Shown piece by piece: positions 1 through 12,399 of a DNA stretch of 64,000 nucleotides. Position numbers and translations under genes: made by a program. The first letter of the stretch is position 1. Every line of letters begins with the position of its first letter. The notes below the pieces were generated by a model, which saw only the letters and a list, made by a program, of their open reading frames with translations, was not told where the DNA came from and did not search any database. This stretch comes from Euprymna scolopes (Eukaryota): the NCBI GenBank assembly GCA_053919585.1, contig CM132792.1; one strand, 5' to 3'.

Positions 1-599
1 AATGAGGTGCATCCATCCATCTTTATTCGGAAATGAATAATTTTAATTACTTGCTGTTAGTTTTTTTTCTTTGCCATAAGTATATTTAATACGACTACAT
101 AGCTCTACTCTTGTATAGAGAGAGCACTGAAGTAAACAGGGAGTCATCATACATATGATTTCATGTAATAGATGCTTATTTTTTTTCCGTGAAGAAATCA
201 AAGTAGTAAGGTATGAAAATATATTATAGTAATTTAGCTACAGTGCGTTTGCATTTTATCCAGGTAGGGGAATCCCTACGTGGATGTCTCTATGTAACTT
301 AATTGCCAAAAATATTTTTTATACCTTATATATATATATGCGCACTTGCACAGTGTAAATAACATCCATATTAAATAGATAGCTCTACTTGTTATTGAGC
401 ACTTTTACATAAATACAGCAAGGATTAAGAAGATTAATTAACCAACCCCTTGAATAAAACCTCACCAGAATTATAGGAACGTATGTGTGTAGTACTATTG
501 AAATACTGCAGCTAAGCACTGTTGAAGTAGTAAATTATAAATGTGTGTGCATAATCCTCTTTTGTCCGGCGAAGGTATCTCTCGGTTTTTGGCTTGTTC

Positions 600-1010
600 C
601 ACACTCGACCACATGTCGCACTTTCTACAAATTATTGATTAATCATTGGCCACTGCTAATCACTTTGCCGCGTTCGGGTGAGGCGAGCATAAAAGCTCTA
701 ACAGCAAAGCACACGATGGAAATGGCTGCTACAGCAGCAGCAGCAGCAGCAGCAGTGATCTGCTTGTTGCAGGAGAAGCACACAAGGGAATCCGGTGCGG
801 TGGGGTTAGTGTCGAGACTCACACGCACAGGCAACATGTGCGGTCGCGCACACACGGGCACATGCCCCCTTCTCGCATGTGTTGCTTTACTCGTGTTGAA
901 ATAGTTTCGAACTGATAAATACGATTTTAGAGTAATAATATTTGAAATAGACATTAGAGTACAGTTCAGTTGGCAGCGGCGGCGGCAGCATAGGAATGGG
1001 TAACGATAAA
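600..1010. promoter_or_regulatory. CpG/GC-enriched island with a (CAG)n tract; possible upstream promoter or non-coding exon
   Basis: GC and CpG clearly above flanks; (CAG)~8 at 732-755; donor-like GG|GTGAGG near 678. Confidence 0.35.
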
Positions 1011-1644
1011 CCAAAAACCACGGTCATGTTATCATTGAAAGTACATGCTACTGTGCTCATAGTCCGGTTAATTAAAACTATAGTAATTTAAAATAAATAA
1101 ATTACACATGTAAAAGTCTAATTAAATGCGTTTCCCCCCCCCCGAAAATAAGACGTAAAAAATACAACCCTTACCCGTTCACTTTTCAACCAATACCACC
1201 TTCCTCTTTAAAAAAGATACCATCCTTCGCATTTCAGTTTTATCTGTCCTATATTTCTCACTGCTTTAAGGTTTCTGATGAAATAACCTTATATTTTGAG
1301 AGAACAAAGTTTTTTTTTTTTTTTTTTTTTCAAGGTAGCAGGTAGCACTTCATCGTCCATCTCAAGAGATGAGTGCGGACCTTAGCCGACCGAATATGTA
1401 CAAGAAACGATCACAAATAACGCAAATAATGTTTTGAAATGCTACAGCAAGACGACGTCGAAGTGTGTGTTTGTCTGTCATTTGAGTATGCAAACATGAT
1501 TTTCAAGAATATAATAAGTCCATTTCTGTTTCGAGTGTAAATTCTTTCCAAAGTGTTAATCGACTTCCTAAGTTTACGGGTGTGTGTGTACAATCATTTA
1601 ACTACATATGTGCATACACGTTTCAGCAGCACTTCTTTTCAGGA

Positions 1645-1783
1645 ATCCCACATCATCAGGTCAAAGAAAAAAAAAATCATTTTCTAAATTCAGCTCAAGA
1701 ACATTCTTATAAATGATATAAAAAGAATGTTTTGGGGTTAAGTATGGAAAATGATTTTTTTCTTTAGCTTGATGATGTGCGAT
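1645..1783. repeat. ~140 nt imperfect foldback (MITE-like palindrome)
   Basis: atcccacatcatcagg-tcaaagaaa...aatcattttc pairs with gaaaatgattt...tcttt-agcttgatgatgtgcgat; inner aacattctt/aagaatgtt stem. Confidence 0.8.
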
Positions 1784-3559
1784 CTTTGTAGCTAAAAATG
1801 TTCACATAAATAAACATGTTATAAACACGCTCACCAAGAACTCTTTGCTAAACATGAGTTTCTAGGAAACTAAAACTATACAACCATCACACGCACGCGC
1901 AAATAGTTTTTTTTTTCTGCTCACAAAAGTAATATTTTATGATCCAGTGACCTATGGTATTTTCTAGTTTTTATACTGGCACGTCAATAACATTTTTATT
2001 TTGAGACCTTTTTAGCCTTTGGTTTGTCGGTACGTGTGATAGAAGTTTTTTACTTTGTCTTCCTGGTGTAATATCAACGCAGCGAGATCTTGCCCAACTG
2101 AAAAAACGCACTATCCGGACTGCCGCTTCTCCCCTCTGCACTGTCGTCAGCTCTGTAAGAACAGACTCGATCTTCACTAAAGACAAAATATAGTTTTATG
2201 TAAATGGTTAACTTTCACACATTTTGGGGTAGCTGGATTCAATCCACGTTTTAAAAAAACTGATCTAACTTTGCCCTCTTGGGAATGTAATATAATAGAG
2301 GTATTTGATAAAGTTTATTTTTCAGCGGACATTTCAATAACGGTCGATTAAAATCTTGTCAAATCTTTTTTTTTTTCTTTGCTAAATATTCAAACTAAAA
2401 GAGTCCGAGTAAAACTCTAGCTTTATATTCCTCTCGCTTTCCGCAATACAAAATGCGTTGAAAACACCAAAAAACAAAACAAAACTAGCTAACCAGTTTC
2501 AACACTTATCCCGATCAACCCCCATCCGAATCTATATTTGAAAAATGTTTCATTAAACTCACTCAAAATAATCGATCAACTTTCTAAATTGAAATAGATT
2601 ACATTTATTCTGAAATCTTTATAATTTCGAGAAAAATCATCTTATTCAAAAATATATTTTAACTCCTTTTTAAATTTGTTTTAGCATGCGTGAAAACAAT
2701 GTTTATTAGTTTTTCTACGAGGGGAAAAACATCCATAATTTGTTGTAATTTCGATGCTTTGCAATTCATTTTATCCGAACAAGTTTGGTTCTTGTGAAAA
2801 AAAAGTGTGTGTGACGATTGGGGAGTGTGTAATTTTTTTAAAATGTTTTATAGCATAACGAATTATTTATTTTTTATTTCAAAAGTAATTGTTTTGTGTA
2901 AAGCTGGGAAGAAATCGCCCCGCTCCCAATTAGTGAATGTCTGGCCTAATTGGATTTGAACTCGTGTGTCCAGTATTTGATCACCTAAAAACTCTTCTGT
3001 TTCGAAAATAAATTAATATTTAAAAATTTCTTTTGTTATATCAGAGAAAACAACGTTTGAATTTAAAAAAAAAAAAAAAATAAAATAAATAAATAAAATC
3101 CTGCCTTTAAAAAAAAAAATCATTTCTTGATGCGTTGGCCTCACTTGTAGCAATTGTCCATATTATTTATGGTGTTCATCTTGCATTTATGATGAAATTC
3201 TTTTCGTTTCTAATTCCACCCTTTATTCTTAGTGATAAAATGAACTGTGCGTTTGGGTTTTTACTTCATGTTTGTCACTTTCTTCAATGTGAATTCCATT
3301 AGAATAATGCAAGAAGACTACATTCCTTTACCAGGCATGAGTTAATCGTTTCTTTTTATTTAAATTTTTTATTTAAATTTTTAATAGTGATTCATTTGTT
3401 CATGTAAATCTCCGGTTGCTGCTGATGTGTGTGTTTTAACTTCCTAATTATTGATCATATTCTTCATCTTGTACTCAACCTTTTTTCCTTAGTACTCGTG
3501 TCAGCCTGTAAATTCAAAGAGTAGCAGATTTGTATTTCCTTTATATTTCTTACACACCG

Positions 3560-4146
3560 ACCCCTTTTATGTACACATACCCCCCCCCCACGTCTTCTTC
3601 ATCGAACCACCCTCATTCTTTTTTTTGGGCTTTGGGTCTTCTGCAAAACACCTATAAAACATGTGCGCGTCGAGCTGATGTTACGTTTCTTCAGGTTTTC
3701 TCGGCTTTTTTATAAGCGCACACACGCGAGGTGCACGGTGGAGTGAAAAAAAAAACGAAGNNNNNNNNNNNNNNNNNNNNNNNNNNNNNNNNNNNNNNNN
3801 NNNNNNNNNNNNNNNNNNNNNNNNNNNNNNNNNNNNNNNNNNNNNNNNNNNNNNNNNNNNNNNNNNNNNNNNNNNNNNNNNNNNNNNNNNTCTAAAAACT
3901 CTTCTCAAAACGGTAGTAGTAATAATAGTGATCTCTTCCTTGTAATAATAAGAATCGAGAAGTGTAATACGAGTATCACTACCACCACCACCACCACTAC
4001 TACTACTACTACAAGCTACGTTCCTCGTTGCTGCTGCTGCTTCGTTTTTTCTCTCTCGCTATCACCTTCCTTCACCCTCTTTCTCCTCTCGCTTCTCATA
4101 ACTGTATGACTCCGCCACAGAAAGGGGCGCTCGTCTCTCTCCACAG
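3560..4146 (+). promoter_or_regulatory. Putative proximal promoter / 5' leader of CELF1/2
   Basis: TATAAAA at 3653-3659 followed by a CpG-rich stretch; (CAC)n/(TAC)n/(GCT)n/CT-rich low-complexity sequence just before the ATG; interrupted by a gap. Confidence 0.4.
3761..3890. other. Assembly gap (130 N)
   Basis: Run of N. Confidence 1.
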
Positions 4147-4316
4147 ATGGCCAAGTTACTGGTCTGTTGTCAATATGTGTTAGGCGTCTTAATGGAGGAT
4201 GCGGAGTACCCTACGATGACTAGGATGGATTCTATGCTCGCAGGTCCGGCCAGCCCACCTGAGAAGAAGTTAAAACTACAGATGGACAATGACGATCTCA
4301 TCATCACAGCATCAAG
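4147..4316 (+). CDS. CELF1/2: Probable first coding exon of the CELF1/2 gene (56 aa N-terminal extension MAKLLVCCQY...DLIITAS-R)
   Basis: GC-richer, protein-like ORF after a low-complexity leader. Donor AAG|GTTTGA at 4317 leaves phase 2 (AG), which with A46235 makes Arg and keeps the RRM1 frame. The donor is weak and I do not recognise the peptide by homology. Confidence 0.6.
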
Positions 4317-7300
4317 GTTTGAGAAATTGCCTCCTATAAAAAAAAAGTTCAAATAGATTATTATTCCGTTCAATTTAAAGACAACAACATTCGCAGATTT
4401 ATTCCAGTTTTCCGATCCCACCCTCCACTCGTTTTTATTTGCTAGGTTGTTGCTTCTTGCTAGATTTACTCTCAACTCCAATTGGACGAACGCACACCCG
4501 TTTAATACTAAATGCTCTCGTCTCGATTAATTTATCGTGTGTGTGTAAAAAAACAACAAACAAACAAAAAAAAAACAACTATTTTTAGAGTGAAATTTCA
4601 TGCGCTTTAAAATGTGTTTAAAAATCCTAACTACAGATAAGCATTTTTAAATTTAATATAAAGAAAATGAAATAAAAAAGACAACTGCGTCTCTTGTATT
4701 TTTAATTTACAAAATAAATTTTGAGAAATCAAAAATAAAATGCGGTAAAAGTTGGGGTTGTGTTAGGTTTGCAGGAGTTCGAGTAGTGTTTAAATAATTA
4801 GAACAGTAACAGTAGTGTTTCTACTATTGGCAAAAGTAAGTTACTACTTTATAATATTCAAACCGTAGTAGAACAAGGAAAAGAGAATCGCTATTTTGAT
4901 AATAAAAAAAAATGTCTATTCCGGTAATTTGGTATTCCTAAATGAACTGAGGAGGCATTTTTTCTTTTAGCTGGGTGCTATTTTTGCTGGCTTCTTTATA
5001 TCTTTCGATCAACCACCTTTTGGTTTCCCCCCTTAAAAAAAAAAAGGAGAAAAAAAAAAGTAAACCTCCCAACTGGACCTACCTGTGAAATTATCCCTTC
5101 TGCTTTATAAAATCAGACCTTTATGTATGCGCGCACTTGTTGCCAAAGAAAATGATAAACTCTAGTTTTTTAACAGATTTACTTCATCTTCTTGCCCTTT
5201 GTGTATTTTGAATTCTTTTATTCACCTTTTATTTCAATTATCTTTCGTCACAGGTACGTATTTCTCTTTAGTTCGGTTTTTGTCCTGTCTATCGTCTTCT
5301 GTACTTATCTGTAATGTATTCTTGGTTTTAGTCGAATCACAATTGCGTCTAATATTCGCAAACACCAAAAGAAGGAAGGATATTTTACACGACCAAATAC
5401 ACCATAACACGCGCACTTGTGTTTTCTTCGTTTACTAGAAAAAGGCAAAAAAAAAATGTCCTTTTAAAAAGATATTATGCCCTCCCTTTTTCTAAAATAA
5501 AAATGTTGACACTTTGAAATATTACACCAAAGTTTGTAATTATAGTTTCGTGTTTTTTTTTTTTTTTTTTTTTTTTTTGACCATCATTAAAAACACACAC
5601 GCAATTTTTTTTTTTTTTCAAATTTGGGATTATAAAAAAAAAAAACTCAGAAAAAAAAAGAATTTAAAATGGATTTTACATGCTAAAAGCTTGTTACCAA
5701 TTTGGATTAAAAACAAATAAAAAGAATCAATTCTTATTGCTCACCTCCGACTGGAAGAAACCTGGAATTACTACCCTGACTACTGTATGCTTGCCTATAC
5801 AGACAATCGATCTCTTGTGGGGAGGGCAAGTGCGCGCGCGTGTGGAGAGAGGAACTCTGCAAAATGGAAACTCTGATTTGAATTAATTTTATCGGACCCC
5901 GGAAAGAGAAAAGGAAAAAGAAATCCGCTTTTGTGTACATGATTTTTATCATTGCCAAGTGCTATTATTTTGTTCGTGTACGGATCGCCCCCCCACCCCC
6001 GGCTGCTAATATTTGCTCGACAAAATCCGGTAACGATCTATAAACGAAAGGCGATCGCACCGAAACGGGCGGTTGGGGGGGGGGGAGGGGGAAAGAAAAA
6101 AGTATTTTACATTGTTGCATTTTATTTGGTAAATTATTGCAAAAGACAAAAATAAAAAAAAGTCCAGTTTAGAAAGATTTCTCCTAAGATAGAAAAGATG
6201 AATCCGACCCGATTCTACAATTTGCTTTCTGTAAAAAGGTCATGTCCGCATGAAATGCAATTTACAAAAACAAATAAGTCAACTTGAATAAAACAAAAAA
6301 TACAATTTTCAAAACGAACGGAAAACAAAACGAATTCCAATATGTAAATATATCAGTAAAAAAAAACTTTATTTTTAATTTCTCGTTTTCTTTTGTCGGG
6401 TCCATTATTATGATTCAATGGATTTTACCGAGCCAATGTTGGCAAACATGGGCTAGTCTAAGTACCTACCGTTTCTCTTGCAAGTATAATCAATTGTCAA
6501 AATAAATGTCTATAAAATTATCAGACAATATTTCGTGTCTGTTTCTCGCCTATGCATAACTTTGAACACATATCGAATAACCATTATCGAATAGTGAAAA
6601 AAAAAAAGAGAAAAAAGAGCTCCAACGAATTTTAAACTATCCTATTTTTTTTTTTTTAAATGTAAGCATGGATATATTTCAAAGTATATTTTTCTGGATA
6701 CAATTATCGACTATGTCCTTAGTTTCATTAAAAAAAAAATTAAATATTTTCGAGCGGGGATTACTTTACAATATAAATTTAGCATAAAATAATCATTTCC
6801 TGATATATATTTTTTTAGGTGAGGTGTGTGTGGGGGGGGGCGTAGACATATTAACGTAGGCGGGGGGGGGCGTAACTAATCAAGGCCAAATTTTTTAATA
6901 TTTTGTTCTTCAGACTTGCGCGGAATACTGCAAATAATATTTTCGTTTTTTTTTTTTATGTAGTTAAAATTCTTTTGTATTCGCTATAAGTATTCAGTAT
7001 AAGTTTTGGCATTTTGGTTTGTAAAAATACAGCATTGTACGTCCAAGTTATTGTCAGTTGAAGGTGCGAGGTGAGGTGCGGTGCGCTCATTGGCAGTTTC
7101 TATTACATAGGTAAAGGATACATTTGGGTATCGTTTTTGGCGGTGCTGAAAAGTGGACCGAGGCATGACCAAAGCACATACGTTCAAAAAACGAGTGTTG
7201 CCAAATCCTAAAAAGAGATAGTGAAAAAATTTAAATATAATGTGAACAAACATCTCGCTGCTCCTCTCCCCCATTTGGTTAGAGTGAATATAAATTTATT

Positions 7301-7859
7301 TAAAAAAATATGTTGTGAATTCACTAGGGAAATTGTTGCGATGAAAACAAACTACTTATATGATTTGTACACTCTCCTAGGCAGGTAGTTTGGAATTGTA
7401 GAGATGAAAAACAATAGAATAAATTAATCGGTAAAAACACTACCCCCCCCTAAAAAAATGGATTGTTGCCGTTGTGACACAAGACAAAATAGTTACACTG
7501 TATTTCTTTCTCTAATAAGTTTTCAGAAATTAATATAGGAAAGATCTTCCACACTTAATATATTGGGTAATAAAACCTCAAAGGGAGTTCCTTAGTAATA
7601 TGATAGTTAAGCCGACTTTTTTTCTGTTTCTTTGATTGATTAAGGAAAAGTGTTGGCGCTAATGCACTTACTGATCCGCGCTATTTTTTAAATCGCATTT
7701 TCAAGTTTAATTAGAGTTTTTTTTATTTATTCAATTGTAAGGTTAAAGTACAGAATAGGTACAAAACACCCTCCCCCTGTCAAGAATGGCTTTTTAAATA
7801 ATAACGTTATTATTTCAGCACGGATCAATAAGTGCATGAGTACCAAAGTGTTAACAAGC

Positions 7860-8300
7860 GAAATAAAAACTGTCAGGGTTCAAACAAGAATTTCTAACCT
7901 ATCCCGCAGTCCCGCACTGGCTGCCAAGCTTCCGCCTATGTACCTATTTACTATGCCTCTCCACGGGACAGAGTTAGACACCAGGGTCGTTTTTTAACGT
8001 GGAGAAAAGGTACAAAAATAAAAATTGTCTCAGTTGTGAAGGATTTCTCCTCCACTGAAAGAGAACAAGAAATAGAAGTGCAGCATCTGAAGAACAGATA
8101 CTACACTTTGATCTTGACCAAAAGGACGCCTATGTAGCAATCGCCACAAAACCACACCTCTTCTCCTTAGAAGTCTTTAGATATCTGAAGATTTTCTGTT
8201 TTTTTGATCGTTTACCATTGGAATTTGCTCCCGGCTCCCTGTTTCTCCAACCACACCAACATGCAACAATTTGAATGTTATGTAAACATTTTGCTTCCCA
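7860..8300 (+). mobile_element. Degenerate 3' fragment of the CR1-group LINE family seen at 52.1-52.8 kb
   Basis: agtcccgcactggctgccaagct resembles 60950; WNLLPAPCFSNHTNMQQFECYVN matches the C-terminal W-N-x-L-P...MQKFKCNV motif of the other copies. Confidence 0.6.
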
Positions 8301-9556
8301 ACTTTCTACCGAGTTTGTCCTATATATTTGCGATTCTTATCTCAATAGTTCAGTATACTTCAGTGGTAATAGCCTTGTTTGAGGTAAGCACACACACACA
8401 CACACACACGATTGTGAAACAAAGACAACTATCAGGATTCATTTTAATATGAGTAACCACGTGGAAACCTTTGTTCTCATTTTTTAATTTTCCTGTTTAA
8501 AATGACGTTTAAAAATTCCTTAACAAAAAACAAAAAAAAATGACGCTCTAAGATATTGTTGACTGATCAAATCCTTGTCGTTTTTATATACACTTCCCTG
8601 TTGTTGGGTTGTCCACTTCATGTGGGTGTGCCTACTGCCTAAGTCATACAAAAAAAAAGCATTTGATTTTTTTTTTAAATATTAGGCTGAAAAAAAAAAA
8701 AAAAAAAAAAAAAGCAAAAAAATTCGTCTGACCTGAATGAGAACCACACCTTCTATATATTAGTGTCCAATAAATAATAATCAACTGAAAAAATTGCAAA
8801 AGAAAACAAAAAAAAACGAAAGACGTTCTTAAGATGAGGAGGTTGGTGTTTATTCCGAAAACCGTTTTGCGGTGGTGGTGATTCTTGTTCAGGTCTGCCA
8901 AAAATTTTAATAGACATTCTGAAATAGAATTTTACTTTTATTCAAATCATTCTTAGTATTACTGATGAAATGGTATTTGAGGAAAAGAAAAAAAAATCAC
9001 CAAAACATGTTCTTTTGAAAAATCCCAAACTAATTTGTCCGCTTATTAAAGTGTCTTCAGTCGTTTCTATCTGCCTTGTTCGCCTCGAATGACAATTTAA
9101 CTTTGCACTAATAATTCGTCAATATGCTTGCATGTGTTCATATATTTCACTTATTAAATGGAGAGCTTTTTATTTAAAAATAAAATAACATGGTTTCAGC
9201 GAATTTAAAGAATCTATATTTTAAAATTGTTACTTCTCGAAATTTACATGTAATAATTTTAATCAAATTATAGTTTAATAATTATAGTTTGCTTCAATTA
9301 ATAATTTAATGGCAAAGAACGTCATTGTAAGATTGAAATTTAACTTTTAAAATCCTATGAAACCAAATTCAGTAAAAAAAAACAAAAAACTCCCGGGTAA
9401 CACCAATTATGTATCGCCAGTTTTAATGAACGATCATCAAAAGATACTGATACTTCCAGTGAGAAATGTTCCACAAAGGTTGGAAAAGAGAATCAATCAG
9501 CGCTCTCCAGAGGAGCAGCACAGCACAGCACTCAGCAGCACTCTGACCCACAGAAA

Positions 9557-9665
9557 GCGCCGTTGGTATTCCCCAGTAGTTGCGTCTCAAGTGATTAGCA
9601 ATAAACTAACCTCTCCTATGAGACAGAAAACAGTCCGTGATGGCGGATCTCTCAGAACTGCACAG
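9557..9665 (+). repeat. Dispersed repeat, copy A (copy B at 32414-32523)
   Basis: Identical 21-mer gtgattagcaataaactaacc at 9591 and 32448, with similar flanks (ccccagt, gaactgcaca). Confidence 0.8.
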
Positions 9666-11404
9666 GATGTGCAACATGCCAAAATCAAGAGGAAATGGCA
9701 TTGCAGAAATGGAATTTTTCTGTTTATTTTGGTACTGAGGGAAAAACTGATAATCGTTGTATATATGCTGTCTTTTTTTCTTTCGATCCTAGGGTAAGTA
9801 AACTCGCTATAACAATCGGCCCCTTTAATGGGTATAAAACTGCATTGTTTATTTTGCTGTTCACCTCGTATTGCTAGTGTGATTTCATTTGGCATTTTTT
9901 TGGAGACAATATGACCCCTCGTCTAAAAACATTTTATTTGCTAGCTTTGAACATTTTGTATTTATTAATTTATTTTAGTTGTTCACATAGTTAAAAAAAA
10001 AACAAAAAAACAAATAAAAGCAAAAAACAAATTGACATAAAAAATAGCTATTCAATCCTCAAACGGTTTCTCCATTTTTACTATAGGATACATTTATGTC
10101 TATATTGTTTTCCAGACCAGTCTTTTGCACCCTTCCACCATTCCTTCTAGATATTCTACATCAACAACCGGTTGGTTTCTGCTATTGCATATGTCTTCCA
10201 CTTAAACGACTGTAAACTGAAAGCACAAAATTCTGTTCAGTATTTTTACATTGCTATAGGTTTCGTCTCTAGTGCATGCATTAAATACGCCTTATTTAAA
10301 AACAAGATAATATTTAAGTTTTTCCTGTCTTTTATTTTCAAGTCATATTTGGAGTTAATGTAAATGATCTCGCTGAAATAATATTCTTACTTTTGTGGTC
10401 TTCATGATGACATAACCTGTGTTGAAGTAATATATACTAGCAGGGAGGCTTCACTTTGCTCGGGATTGAATGTTCCACACTCCTAATACTTTTATTGTCA
10501 TCGAAATTGGCGAAATTGCTCATTTTCAATCAAATCAATTGATTGCCTGCTCTAGTTGGAGACCCACCACGGTGATTTAGTCCACAATACATTATAGTCT
10601 ACATTGCACTGTAGAGAACCTGCTATTGATTTTTTATAAAATTATTTTTATATAATAACTTGAATTAAAGTTTAAAATGCAAAAGTCAGGTATCATGGTT
10701 CACTTGTGCTCTATACAGAAACATTCACTTTGAATGCACCCCTGTCTTATCAAAGAACTTAATTTTGTTAATTTTATATTTTCCTGCTTGTGCAGTGATA
10801 AAACTTCTCAAATGCACTTGCGAGTGATAAACATTGAATGGTTTCTTTAATCGGATCTTTTCTGTTAATTTTTTTTTAATAACTATTAGAGGCATTCAAA
10901 TACAAAACCTTTTCTTATGTTGTTCTCGAACCCTCAGATTTCACTTTAAGAAGATTCCAAGCATCTGGCATCCCCTTTCTCTAATTTTTACTTGTAAAAA
11001 CTTTTCTTTTTGTTATCAACAATAAAACTCAAATTTTAATATTTGCAGACTCTTCTTTTTTAAAAATAAGTTTTTGAAAATTAAATTTAATACGGTATCG
11101 TTTGATGATTGAAGCAAATTTTTTTTAATTTTTTTTTTATAAAACTACTTTTGTTATGTAATCTTAAGTTTCCAAAACTTTCAATCTTTTCGTATTTGTG
11201 GATTTCATAAGTAATCGATTAATTATGTGTAAGTCACATAGAGGTGAGAAATAGACACATGAAAGATGGTTACGCAATTCCATTTATACAGATTATGTAA
11301 AATATTTTATAGTTATCGTCATAAAAATAAGATGTATATCGACGCGTACATAAATTTTGTGCTCCAATACAAAATTTGCAAAGAACTAAATTGAGAAATT
11401 GACA

Positions 11405-11523
11405 TTTTTTTTTTTATTTCGTGTTTTTTTTTATTTCGTGTTTTTTTTTATTTCGTGTTTTTTTTTATTTCGTGTTTTTTTTTATTTCGTGTTTTTTTTT
11501 TATTTCGTGTTTTTTTTTTTTTT
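11405..11523. repeat. Minisatellite (T)nATTTCGTG, ~17-19 nt unit, about 6 copies
   Basis: Directly visible. Confidence 0.95.
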
Positions 11524-11694
11524 GTATCCCCACCCCTATCCCGACACATTCTCATACATGTATGAGTCATGATACTTAAGGAATAATTTCATTAGGTGCT
11601 ATACTTTGAAATAATAAAATACCTCAATTTAATATCCTCTTCCTTTCCATAATTGTTCAGTTCATGCCTTCTTGGAGGAACAAATTAAAATTTC

Positions 11695-11734
<40 letters not shown>

Positions 11735-11810
11735 TGCGCATTAAGGTTTTCCTCATTCAGTGATGTACACAATGAGCATAAATGAATTTAATAGCAAATA
11801 CTATCAGAAC

Positions 11811-12377
11811 CTGTGGAAATTCCACAGGGGACTCATTCATATGTAATATATTGATGTTGGTATTCTGTAGATGTTCAGTGTAAATGGAGACGCTCTGATT
11901 ATTGTAGCTCTTTTGTTAAAACTGCAAAAGTATTTATCTAAGCTAACACGAACGCTCGGCAAAGGCCGGTCATAAATTACTCTTATATATGATATTTTAA
12001 TTCTTGCAGATTTCGTATATATTATTATAGAATTAATGTTCTATTGATTTTTACATATTATAAAGTTGCGATTCCAAAAATAAAAATATATTTCCATATG
12101 ATTTGGGTGTATTAGCTTGAATTGAAGCCGAAATAAAGACATAAGTTCCTTCAGTCATAACCGAAACCAAAACTTATGAAAAATTTTTGATAAAATTATT
12201 TATAAAAAAATAGATTAATGGAGTGCCGTCAGTTATAATCGAAACTGAAACCAAAACTTATGAAGAATTCTTGGTAAAATTATTTATGGCAAGAAATGGA
12301 AGTGCATAACAATTAATCTACCCGGATGTAAGCGTGACACAGAAAATAACACACGCTATCGTATTAATATATAGATA
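11811..12377 (+). mobile_element. Non-autonomous Helitron/Helentron-like repeat, copy A (copy B 29253-29760)
   Basis: Colinear similarity over ~550 nt with 29253-29760; cta-r-ca...cggca..gccggt hairpin motif; ends acacacgctatcgta..tagata. Family assignment comes from motif resemblance only. Confidence 0.7.
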
Positions 12378-12399
12378 ATGTCACCAATTTCGAGAAGAT

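Noticed and set aside
485-1014. Overlapping 139-aa (+) and 123-aa (-) poly-Ala ORFs
   Set aside because: Non-ATG starts; length explained by the GC-rich island and (CAG)n; no recognisable domain.
3681-3908. ORFs spanning N runs (also 44339-44567)
   Set aside because: Artefacts of assembly gaps.
4170-4481. 103-aa minus-strand ORF
   Set aside because: Antisense shadow of the 4147 coding exon; non-ATG start.
11551-11566. 16-nt perfect palindrome and similar small inverted repeats (25391-25414, 37277-37308, 43673-43772, 47375-47407)
   Set aside because: Short and AT-rich; expected by chance or as repeat remnants.
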